This document shows, piece after piece, positions 25,578 to 36,951 of a stretch of DNA of 64,000 bases. Below the pieces are notes generated by a model. The model did not search any database. It was not told the DNA's origin and worked only from the letters and a program-made list of their open reading frames with translations. Both the position numbers and the translations under genes were made by a program. Position 1 is the first letter of the stretch, and every line of letters begins with the position of its first letter. The stretch covers positions 44,341,317-44,405,316 of the forward strand of contig NC_068991.1 of assembly GCF_001194135.2 (NCBI RefSeq), written 5' to 3'. The stretch is from Octopus bimaculoides. Lineage: Eukaryota.

Positions 25578-25963
25578 GTATATGGTCTCAATAATTTCAT
25601 GCAAAGTGCCAAGGGAAACATTACTTATATATTCGATTTCCGAACATATCTGTAATGAAATTCTCTAAATTCATCTACCACTATTTTCCCTCTTTTTCAT
25701 GAGCTGCTAAATTCTCCCATCAGATTTTACCAATGGAATCTAGTTGAAATTTATACTGGCTTGTCAGTTTATCCGTTAAAACAGTATTACAGCTAGTATC
25801 TCAGTTAAGTGTGCTGTGAAACAATCATTTATACTAAGTCGGACAGCTTGTATTTTTAGTTATTCGTATTAGCTAACCATAGAATAGAACAGGTCTACTA
25901 AATCTTGTTAGCCTTCTCCATCACAGCAACATTATTAACTCCCATGTTCTACTTCCTGAACAG

Positions 25964-25996
25964 GAGTAAATTGAGTCTCCGCCAATTGGAACTGAA
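25964..25996 (+). CDS. MARK: candidate 33-nt MARK cassette exon (SKLSLRQLEL-K/N)
   Basis: attaactcccatgttctacttcctgaacag|G AGT AAA TTG AGT CTC CGC CAA TTG GAA CTG AA|gtaata. Phase 2 to 2, at the position where vertebrate MARKs have short alternative exons (RNLSFRFAR-type). Confidence 0.55.
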
Positions 25997-28099
25997 GTAA
26001 TATGATGACGTCGTCTCTCGTAAGATGGTTGCTGTCTCTTTGTAAGTGTTAATGAGTGTATTTTCCAACCCCTTTCTCAACCATCACACCTTCTCATCAT
26101 CTTCACCACCACCGTTATTACAGCATTTTGTTACCTCTCAAATAGTGTTTGTGTATATATGTATAGCTGTGTATGTGTGTTGGTACATACATGCACTTTA
26201 TACACATGCACTCATGTGCCACACATACACTTTAATATTACAAGCTTCTTTGTTTATTTTTAAGTTGTGTGTGTGTGTTCAAATTGTTTGAATTTTTCCA
26301 ATTTTCTAATCATAAAACTCTGCTTCATTCTTTACTATTTAGTTTCATTAAATCCTTCTCAACACCACTTAGGAAGATATGGGTTGGAATTTCTATTGTT
26401 TTCTTGAGAATTATTATTTCAGATTCCAAGAAACATGTGCACAATGTCTGTTTTCCTTATATTTATGGGTAATCAATTTTTTCATTTGTTTCCTTATAGT
26501 TATTAATGTTATTAGTATATCCTTTATTAAAATTTTTTCAGTTATGTTGAGTTGCCTTCTCTTGAATCTTATCTCTATTCCGGCAATTCCTTGTTTGTCT
26601 TATCAATTAATTTGTGATGATTTAGCAATTGTGTCTTTTTCCTCAGTTTCTGTAGTTTATTGGATATATATTTGAAAGTCTTGTTTTGTTTTGGGTTTTT
26701 ATTTACACTTTTACTTTTGGATTTAAAATTTAATATTATTCTCCTGCCTACCTTCTTTTAGCAGTTAACTGTATCCAATAATTGTTGGAAAAAGAAGAAG
26801 AAAAAAAAGAAAAGAAAAAGAAAAACATTCTTAGATCATATTATCTTCATTATTCTTCACATATTTCAATAATAATTTAAGGCAGTGAGGAGTCTTAGAT
26901 GAGAAGCGGTCTATTCGACCAACACCAATTTTATATCTATCAGAAATATTATTGTGCTAACATTAAGAAAATTTTAATTGGTGGTAGATATGAGTGTCAC
27001 TTGGCCCCTCCAACCAAGCCCTTGTCAAGCAGTCTTACAATCAATATTCTTTGAATTGCAACCATCCCATCTTTTTCAATCCTTCTCAGACAAATTATTC
27101 AGTGCCTTCCTTTCTTTAGCATAGCAAGGATATGATCTGAAAGAGATTTGGCTGCTGTTTTTAGCAAGCTAGATGCCTGCATAGAGACCGCTCTGTTGGC
27201 TCATGGGAAGATGTTGGGGATGAGTGGCTGGCTGTCTAGCATCTTTTCTTTTTGTAGAGCTCTTTGCTTTTTTTTTTATCTTATGTAGCTACTACTTTGC
27301 TCTTATGTTGTTTTCTCTGCATATCCTGAAGTGAAGTTTTTACAAATTTGATACAAAACTAAATGCACATTAAATCCAAATTCATTCATAAACTATGCAT
27401 CAGAAGGAGAAGAATTCATAATGTATTCTTCTGTTTCTTGATTCTGTCCAATTGTTACAGATGTCAAGTATTAGGGTTATTTTTCTCCCTTTTATCTGAG
27501 TATTTTTTAAATTTATTTCTTTTTAACATTAAAATTTTTTTGTATATGTTGGAATAATTTTACATTTAAACTAAGTAAACAAATTAAGTTTTATTTTATA
27601 GATTTGTAAACTGTTTCTATTTTATATTTTTTATTTTATTTTTATTTCTTTTTCTTCCTTTGTAGCTATTGTTTTTCTTAATATTAACATAATTTGTGTA
27701 TTTTGCTTATGTTCATGTTTGAAAAAAAAATTTATTAGTCTGAGTTGCCATGAATTTGTGCTGTCTTGTGAGATGACTGCCCACTCAACATCTTACACAA
27801 CAGATTATAAGGGTTAAGGAATAAATCATAATTGGTATTTGCTAATTTGAAATATTTATATGCACATACACATTAATTCTTTTTTCCCATGAAACACCCA
27901 AATCAGAATTTGAAAACTATCCTTACTTTCAGTTTAGTTCTTTCCATTCTGATAACCATCCTTAATAACCCCTGAAAAATTATTTAAATAGCTTTTTGTA
28001 AATAAAATGTAGCAAATATACTTTAGTGAATAACTTGTAAACTAAACTTGTGTTTTCGTAATTTGATGTAAACTTTTATTTCAATAAAAATTAAGAATG

Positions 28100-28144
<45 letters not shown>

Positions 28145-28518
28145 CTAATTTATAATAACAATAAATAAATATATAGCATAATAATCAGCTCTGTAATCTA
28201 TATACAAAATATATATTTCCGTCTAGATCATTGCTGAAAGAAGGGAAGGCATCAATAACTCAAATACAAACTAGTTATAAACTGCTTTAATGTTGTCTTT
28301 TCATTGCATCACAGTGAAAACTAGTAAACTCTCTTGTTGACTAATCCAGTCCCTGTAGTTTAGTGTTAAGTAATGCTTTTGCTTTACCAATATGGCAACA
28401 CCCCACCCGGAGATTTGTATGATTTTTTTTCTCCCATAAGAATCTTTTAGGCTAATTTTCTTTTAAAATATCTCGTTTTTACTCTTTATAAGGTGACAGC
28501 TTTTTTAATTTCTTCCAG

Positions 28519-28554
28519 TGGTGACCCCAGAAGGGCATACACAGATACCCCCGG
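28519..28554 (+). CDS. MARK: candidate 36-nt MARK cassette exon (GDPRRAYTDTP-G)
   Basis: ttttttaatttcttccag|T GGT GAC CCC AGA AGG GCA TAC ACA GAT ACC CCC GG|gtgagg. Phase 2 to 2, a GC-rich island in AT-rich intron. Confidence 0.55.
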
Positions 28555-31500
28555 GTGAGGAAATCTTTTTGAATAGCACACTAGTCCACTAGGGCAAGAC
28601 ATTTCATATTGCTTGTCCATCTTTTTACCCTCTAAATTTTCTTTCTTTCTCATAAATCTTTTTAAAAATATAATTTCCGAATGCAATTATTTATTTTGAT
28701 AATTATTCTAAATTTATTGTACAATGTTTTAGAATATTTTATTTCTTCTTGTTATATGTCTTTACTCTCGGATGTTCTGCTCTACCTAGGTTCTTTTCCT
28801 CATGCAATCTCTGATCTTTGCGCTCTCTCTTTCTATTTTTCTTTTCTCTTTCCTCTCCCACTAACTTTCAATAACTGAGTCTGTCTTTACCTCCACTAAC
28901 TTTCTGCAATTGTAGATTTTTCAAGGCTAAATCTGCTTGTAACTAAATGTTTCTATACCAGTATCCTCATGCTTTTTTTGCTTGAAACAAACTTTCTCAG
29001 AGATTTTTTTTTTTTAACGTTTTCTTTATATTTTTCTTGCTCTTACCATATAATTAATCCACTAACTTAGAAAGCATTCAGTTCCCAACAAAAGGGAGCA
29101 AATAGATATTCCTAATTAAAATATAAAAAAATTAATGTTGTTTCATTTAAGTCTGAATTTAGATACCATCAAGCAAAACTAACATTGAATGCTGCACAAT
29201 GGATTACAATACTGGCAAGCTGATACTGCTTCTGGTTCAGGTTTTAATCAGAACTACTTCGGGAATATCATGTTGAAACTTCTCATCTACTTTACTTTCT
29301 ACCTTAAACATTTCTAATTTTGTCTGTGTAACCAGAAATTGTTATTAGCTGATGCCAGAAAGAGACAAAGAGACTGTAATCAGTTTTTATTTGTAATTAG
29401 ATTGAATTTGCTTGACTTGTGTCATTAAAAATCTTAAAATTTCTTGAGAAAATCTAAGAAATTGTTATGGGTTGATAAAATAGTACCAGTAATAGAATAA
29501 ATCAATTACATCCTCTGCTAAAGTTTGAGGCCTTGTGCAAAATATTGAAATACCTTTCATTATTATATCTTCCAATTTCAACTTCATATCATCATTTGAT
29601 ATATCAGTTATTAGTACTATTGTGTTACAATTCCAAATTCATTGAAGTGAAGCTGTGAAAGAAGATTGGTAGGGAGAATAAGAAGAAAAGTAATTGCCTG
29701 CTGAGACCCTGCCTTAAATTTCTACCTGCATCTTAGATTTCACCCACCCACCCCAGTTTTAATTTTTTGTCTTCAAAATTGTAAAGTTTAGATGAGGTTG
29801 GAGGAAATAGTGAGGTTCATATAAGTCTTATTTACAGCATGGGAGTTACTTTTGTAAAACATCCTATAACTGAGGTTTGGTTTGTTGGCACTGTAAAAGT
29901 AGTATGTATAAGAGTAAGAAAAGATATAATGGTTTGATGTATGTTTGTTAGATTCTAACATTGGATCCAAACACTTCAGTACACTATTTATCAATCACAG
30001 ACTTATAAATAAAAGGAAAACATTTACAATTTGGTTATGCATATTGTTACATATATAGTTACTTCATTCAACATAGGTAACATCTATGTTGCTCTGGATT
30101 GGTAAATAAGGACACAGAGAAAATGCCTTTTACAAAATAGAAAAGAATAAGCCAGTATGGACAATGGATGTTAAATGGTGATAATGATGATCTGTGGTTA
30201 AGAAGTTTACTCTACATGCACCCAACATCTTTAGCAAGTGTTTTTGTTTTTTTAAAATTTTTATTATTATTATTATACCATAGTTTCAGTTTGTGAGTTG
30301 AATTTGGTAGATGGAAGCATATAAAGTGTATGTGTGCCTAGTTATCTAGAAAGATAGGAAGACAGATGAAAGAAAAGAATTCTCAACACATTTTGTTGAG
30401 TTTATATTTATTTGTATTAGCAATTTGACTCAAAATTAACATTACTTAAAGTTTCACAGGAGTGAAAAAAGACACTCCTGATCAATCAGCTGCTCAGTTT
30501 TGAGCAGCTAGGCTTTTACAGTTTCTAAATGAGGCTGATTGTCATGTTGGTAAGTGAGGCTTGTTCACTGAGAATGTTAAGAAAATTAAACAACCAGTAC
30601 TTTCTCTACAAAGTCCTTTGCAATATATTCTGCACTGAGTTTCAGATACCTCCTTGTCACTCTTGCTGTCAGCAATGCAGCGAAATAGCTTGGCCCATTG
30701 GAAATCTATAAGCAACAATACTGTTCTTCAACAATTGTGTGTAAAATAAAATGAGAATGCAACTGGACATATGGAATTCCAAATGCTTATAAAGAGTGTT
30801 TGCCATAACATGATATCTCTTTAATCTGCCATCTATACTCTAATTTACTGAAAGTCTTAATGTAATTTCTTAACATATTTTAATTATGCAGATATTCATC
30901 TCACAAAATTATTTATAAGTCAGTGTTTCTCTTTTTCCATAACATTGAATTACTTTCTTGTGTGTGTGTGTATATATATATACTTTATTAAAAAGCAGCA
31001 AAAATGTCACAAAAACTGTTACTCAGTTTCATGTCCCTGTTCAACGGACAGTTTTGTTTAGAATGGAACAAAAATAAGGTTATATAAAAAAAAAAACAAT
31101 TAGTTTGATAGATACAAATTTGAAAATGGTTTTGTTTCATTGGTCCTTTCAATAACCGGTTGCATGCAATAACAAATTGTGGAATAAAATCATATTATTA
31201 TAAAAATTGAAGAAAACCTTCAATCAAAAATAGCTTATAAAGAAGGACAAAGCCTGAATACCCAGGGTAAATAATTAGCTGTGAAATATTAATCAATTTA
31301 AAGATATATCCGTGTAAAAAACTTTTCACACTAGATTACATATACATTTAGCAGTATATACACATACCAAACCATCTATAATATACATATATACATTAAA
31401 CATACAGATGCAGGTACATGGCTACATACATATATAGGCAAGACAAATATATATAGAAATGCATATATGTGTATGCATGCAAGTGCACAAAATCTCCTGG

Positions 31501-31697
31501 CATATGCTTATGCAAGTTAGTTGTTACAGGCGAAAGAAAGAGAAGAAAAAAATCAGAAAATAGTGGTGGTGGTGGGGGGGGGGGGAAAGAAGTAGAAAAG
31601 AAGAAAAAAAATTAAAAGAGAAAAACAAAATTAGGGAGAGAAAGGGAAAAAGATATATAGGGGTAGAGAGTGTTACCTGATGACGTTAGAGAAGTAT

Positions 31698-32340
31698 CCA
31701 AAGACGATTAGATACTTCGTTTAGTTTGCGCAATGAACACATAAAACGACATGTATATCTACTTAAATACAAACATACATACAAATATACACACATAGAT
31801 ACGCATACAAATATACAAAAAATATGTATGCGAATACATGCCCGCATATATAAAAGTATATATACATATATGTATATAAATATATACATATACCTACAAT
31901 ACATACATACACATAAACATATAGAAACATATCTTCACAGGATAAATATATACATCATAACGTATCTATGCAAACAATTTTAAAAACTGTCTGGTGTATA
32001 TAATATTATGATGTAGATAGTTACCTTGACGTGAAGATATGTCTCTATAAATATGTGTATGTATGTATGTACATGTGTGTGCATATATGTGTATGTATGT
32101 GTGTGTGTGTGTATATACATATATGTATGTATACATTTATACACACACACACACATATATATATATATAAATGTGTATGTATATGTGTATATACTTTTAT
32201 ATATGTGGGTATGTATTTGCGTACATATTTTTTGTATATTTGTATGTATGTTTGTATTTAAGTAGATATAAATGTAATTTTATGTGTGTGTTTTTATGTG
32301 TTCATTGCGCAAACTAAACGAAGTATCTAATCGTCTTTGG
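31698..32340. repeat. fold-back with a perfect 49-bp outer inverted repeat and microsatellite-like inner arms
   Basis: 31698-31746 is the exact reverse complement of 32292-32340, and imperfect similarity continues about 150 bp inward. Confidence 0.9.
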
Positions 32341-32403
32341 TTGTTCGACAAGAAGATGTGGAACTCTCATTTGTCATTTAATAGAAGAGAGTTCACAATA
32401 TGT

Positions 32404-32945
32404 GTGTGTAGGTACAGACGTGGTTGTGGTAAAAAGTTTGCTTCCCAGCCACATGATTCCTGGTTTAGTCCCACTGCGTGACACCTTCAGCAAGTATCTT
32501 CTACTATAGACTTGGGCAAGCCATAGCATTGTGAATAGAAGGTAGCTGAAAGAAGCCTGCTGTTAGTGTGTGTGAATACTGCTTGATAAATGGTGTTGGT
32601 TTTATTTACATCCTCATAAGTTAGTATTTTAGCAAAAGAGACCAATAAAATAAGCATCCGGCTTTAAAAAAATTAAAATAAGTACAATACTGGAATTCAT
32701 TTGATTAAACCCTTCAAGGTGATGCCCCAGTATGACTGCAGTCCAATGACTGAAAAAGCAAAAGGTGTGTGTGTGCATGCGTGCGTGCATGCAGCAGCTG
32801 TTCGGGATGAAGTTTGCTTCACAACTGCTTTGTTCTGAGTTCAGTTCTACTGCATGACATCTTGGGCATGTAACTTTTGCTCTAGTCCCAGGCTGTCCAA
32901 AGCCTTGTGAGTGGATTTGTTTGGCAGAAGATAAAAAAAGCCCAC

Positions 32946-32985
<40 letters not shown>

Positions 32986-33150
32986 CTTACACAACTGAGT
33001 GTTTGTGGCCACCTCCCTGGCCTGACAACTGGCATTAGCTTGTTTACAACCCTGTCAGTCAGTGGTTTGGCAAAAGTGACCTGTAGAATAAGTATCAGGC
33101 TTTAAAAAAATATGCACTAGGATCAATTTGCATGACTAAAATTTTCACAG
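32404..33150 (+). mobile_element. two degenerate tRNA-head SINEs with internal (TG)n
   Basis: gtggttgtggtaaaaagtttgcttcccagccacatg...cagtcccactgcgtg head; gccttgtgagtggatttg and ggcaaaag.gacc..tagaataagta body segments. Confidence 0.7.
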
Positions 33151-33624
33151 TTAAAAGACTGAGAAAGTAAAAGATAAAAGATAGTGTAAGTGTCTGTCTG
33201 TCTGTGTGTTATGTAAATACATGTATATGTGTATATATACATATGTCTGCACATGTATATATGGTGTGTGTGTGTGCATGATTATATATGTTTGTGTAAT
33301 GTAAACCTGTGTGTATATATGTATATCTACACACACACACACGTTTTTTTATTAATAAGTGATAGAAGTTGCAGAGTGACTTAAGCTGAGTGTTTCATGC
33401 ATTGGCACCTGTGAAACCTATCGGTATGTATTTTCATGGGACAATTACATCCTAGACCTCTGATTCACCAATAATATGGAACTTAACCACAGAGCAATGG
33501 TGTTGCCAACCATTCTTGCAGGATACAATGTGTGTTCCAAAACTATCCAAAGTTAAAAACCATACAGGTGTCTTGGGGAAATTTCGAACTTGGATTCTCA
33601 TTATTAAGGTATTTTTCTTTTCGA

Positions 33625-33655
<31 letters not shown>

Positions 33656-34133
33656 GTTACTGTTCAGGTCACTGCTTGGAATCAAACTCGGAATCTTGGA
33701 GTAATACAACATTTCGCAAATATCTCCTTGAAATAAAACCACCAATAAGAGAATATGACCAAAGACTGCATGTACTCCATCCCATGCGACTGTGGTAGGT
33801 TATACAAAAGCAAAACATGCCGCCCCCTCAAAATAAGGGCAGACGAACATCACAAAGCTGTGACACGAGAAGATATTGATAAATCGGGTATAGCTGATCA
33901 TGTATGGAAAAATGGAGACCACTTCCCCCTGTGGGATGAAGTTAAAATAATAGACAGAGAATACCACTGGAAAATATGGAAACTAAAAGAAGCAGCACAT
34001 ATGCTAGGACACAACAATCTCCTAAGCAGACCGAGTGCAGATATGAACAGCATATGGGAACCGGTATTAAGGAAGGATAGGAGAATATTAGATTTATATA
34101 TAAGCCCTAAAATTCACTCCATAATTGCCCACA

Positions 34134-34203
34134 GGCATATGGCGTAGTGGTTAAGTGTGCGGGCTACTAATCCCAAGATTCCGAGTTTGATTCCAGGCAG
34201 TGA
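34134..34203 (+). other. tRNA-like segment with Pol III A and B boxes inside the Penelope terminal repeat
   Basis: A box TGGCGTAGTGG (34140-34150), anticodon-like arm GGG-CTACTAA-TCCC, B box GAGTTTGATTCC (34183-34194). No convincing acceptor stem, so not a functional tRNA. Confidence 0.7.
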
Positions 34204-34271
34204 CCTGAATAATAATAATATCGGGAAAAAAATACCTTAGTAATGAGAACCCAGGTTTGAAATTTCCCCAA

Positions 34272-34317
34272 GACACCTGAAGAAGGCTGGAGGGTATATC
34301 AGCTGAAACGTTGTGTT
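34272..34317 (+). ncRNA. minimal type-I hammerhead ribozyme motif
   Basis: Stem I GACAC/GUGUU, core CUGAAGA plus an extra A, stem II GGCUG/CAGCU, GAAAC, palindromic ACGU stem III. Predicted cleavage after GUU at 34312. Confidence 0.7.
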
Positions 34318-35744
34318 AACAACAAACAAGATGAGGACAAATATCCGTTGAATGTAAATAATGTACATAATTCCTCATCTCTTAAATATAGATCAGTAGG
34401 ATTCTTATGAGATAAAGAAGAACAATCTCAAATTGCTTAAAGAACCTAATAATAGCAAGAAGTCTCACACCAAAAACAGTCTTTCAGATATTGAAAACAC
34501 ACTCATACTCCCCAAGAAAAAGAAAGGGAAGAGAAACCAAGGCAGTTGAAGATATAAAAGGAACCCTAAGCCTGCTACAAATCTGCAGAAGAATCTGTCA
34601 TGTTGCGCTACTTGATAGAGCCATTGTTTATTACAACAGTCACTGACTGCAGACCCTAGGAGGTTAAACATTTCCTAAGTGTTTTCACCTCCTCACTGGA
34701 CAATATGCAAATAAGCAAGCATGATGAGTTTTTCAACAATGCAGCTCCACACACAGAAGAAACAAGTATCCATTTCATTGGTGTGTGGAACTGAGCATCA
34801 GGCCTTGATTGTTTTCCAGTTATTGTTTTAAAAACAAGAAAGCTCTTGTAAAACTGTTGCAGATTCTTTTACCAGAGTTTCCTCACAAATAGCTAATTTC
34901 CCAAAATGTTAGAAGAGGTATCATATGCCCTATCCACAAAGGTGGGAGCAGAGCAGATGCTAACAAATACAGACCTATCTCTCTGACTCCACATGTCTGC
35001 AAAGCCATGAAAAACCTTGTCAGAAAGAAGCTGATCACTTCTTAGAAGAAAATGACCCACTCATTGACATACAGCATGGCTTTAATGCTGGAAAGAGCTG
35101 CCTCACACAGCTATTACAACTTTATGAGTTCTGAAACAACAACTCAACCAGTCAATTGTAGATGTGATATATCTTAATTTTGTCAAGGGTTTCAACAAAG
35201 TCAATCATGGGATGATCTGTCACAAATTGCATGACTTTGGTATCATTAGTAAACTAAGGGAATGGTTGTGTGACTTTTTTTTTTAAAGTCACAACCAATG
35301 GTCTTCTCTCTGAGAAGACATTAATACTGATTGAGGTGCCTAGGAAACTGTATTAGTTCATGGTGATTCCCTCAGACATACTTCAATCAGATACTCAACC
35401 ACTCTCACCAGGTATACTGATGATAAAAAAAAAAAAGTATCACAAGCATTCAAGGACCCCGAAGATACTATGGAAAGATTTGAACACAGTATTCAAGTGG
35501 GTTTAAGAAGTCACTATGCAACTCAGTGCTGACTGTTTTCAAGTATTCTAATATCGACTCGCAAACATTGCAATCAAAATATACAGGGCCAAGGAGTCAT
35601 TATGGCTGAAAGCAATAATAGAATAGAATTAAAAAAATTTATATATATATGTGTGTAATGTGTATGTTTGTATATGTAAGTATAGGTATATATATGTATG
35701 TTTTGATATATGTGTGTTTATGCAGCATAAACATGTCTTGGCTG

Positions 35745-35880
35745 TGTGGAAATATTACCTTTCTTGGAAACAAGTGAGGGTTGGTGACAAGAAGGGCATC
35801 CAGCTGTAGAAAAATCTGCCTCAATAATACTTTGTTCAACTCATGCTAGCCTGGAAAAGTAGACGTTAAAGCAGTGATCA
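35745..35880 (+). mobile_element. SINE 3' fragment
   Basis: ggttggtgacaagaagggcatccagctgtagaaa ... catgctagcctggaaaagtagacgttaaa. Confidence 0.7.
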
Positions 35881-36918
35881 CACACACACGTGCACACATA
35901 CACACTCATGTATGTGTATGTACGTATTTATCATTTTATTGTTATTTATCAATTGTTAATATACAGCAAGTATTACACTGAATTTCAGATGCTTTGTAGA
36001 TTATTTTATTACCTTTTGAATAGGGCTCTTTTCTTTTGATTTTTTTTCTTTTCTTTTAGTTTTTTTTTCCTTCTCTTTTGCACATTGCATCATGCATTTA
36101 TTAAAATTCATGTACTTTTAGGAGAGGTTGACCCTGATATTTTTGACTGCATTTCCCTTTTCCAAAAAAGAACCTTGCTTACATAGAAACATCACTTCTC
36201 GAGTCATACAAACTTGTTATATTTCATGAATTTATTAATTGGTTTTTCTTACCACAGATCATCATTACTTTCTTTGAATTGTATTTTCCTCCTATTCTGA
36301 TATGTTTAATTACATATTTTCTCATACACTGTTAAAGTGATAGCTCATTGATTTTATTGTATCAGTAACTGTTGTAAGTTTATGACTTGAATTGTCATCT
36401 TCCAACTTAAGATTTTTTTTTTTTTTTTTCATTCATTGTCTGTTATCATTTAAGCATTAGTTGTGAACTAAGAAATATTACACTTGATATGCATCACACA
36501 AACTACCTCTGTTGTGATATTTCTGAGGTTTGAAGAATCCATATAAGTATCTAATTAATTACAATAAAAATTGGATGTAAACTTAAGGTACTGAATTACT
36601 GATAACAAAGCAGGAGATAAAATTTTGCTACTTACACATTTATACTCCAAAGCATACTATTGTACTTGTACTGTTGACCTGAATATAGATATAGGTCCCA
36701 ATTCATAATCAACGTTAATTGTATGATATGAGAGTGTTTGTTCTGGTCTAGTTATTCATATGTATATATCTAAAACTGTCAAAATACAATGTCTCTTGCT
36801 TGTATGAAATAATGGATATCTTGTGACAAAATGAAGAATACAAGATCAAAATACACATATAAATTGTATTGGATGACTACATGTATATATGTATTCATAT
36901 ACACAGGTGTGTGTTTGT

Positions 36919-36951
<33 letters not shown>

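Larger units (their letters stand above)
33565..34390 (+). mobile_element. 5'-truncated Penelope-like element: inverted partial terminal repeat, GIY-YIG endonuclease, 3' terminal repeat
   Basis: ORF 33755-34147 YSIPCDCGRLYKSKTCRPLKIRADEH...SGIADHVW..GDH..LWDEVKIIDRE......KEAAH (PLE GIY-YIG pattern). 33565-33703 is an inverted copy of 34165-34279. Confidence 0.9.
33420..35600 (+). mobile_element. decayed CR1/L2-like LINE (APE endonuclease end plus RT), interrupted by a Penelope-like insertion
   Basis: ILDL*FTNN (APE end, near 33448). RT motifs ICPIHKGGSRADANKYRPISLT, QHGFNAGKSCLTQLL, VDVIYLNFVKGFNKV, EVP*ETVL (degenerate GVPQG) and YTDD, with frameshifts. Confidence 0.88.

Noticed and set aside
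29071-29119. Acceptor with ctaac followed by KHSVPNKREQIDIPN*
   Set aside because: Could be a terminal exon, but there is no donor, homology or clear poly(A) context. Not distinguishable from background.
34134-34203. Functional tRNA gene
   Set aside because: No acceptor stem and a mutated B box. It is embedded in, and partly duplicated with, a retroelement repeat.
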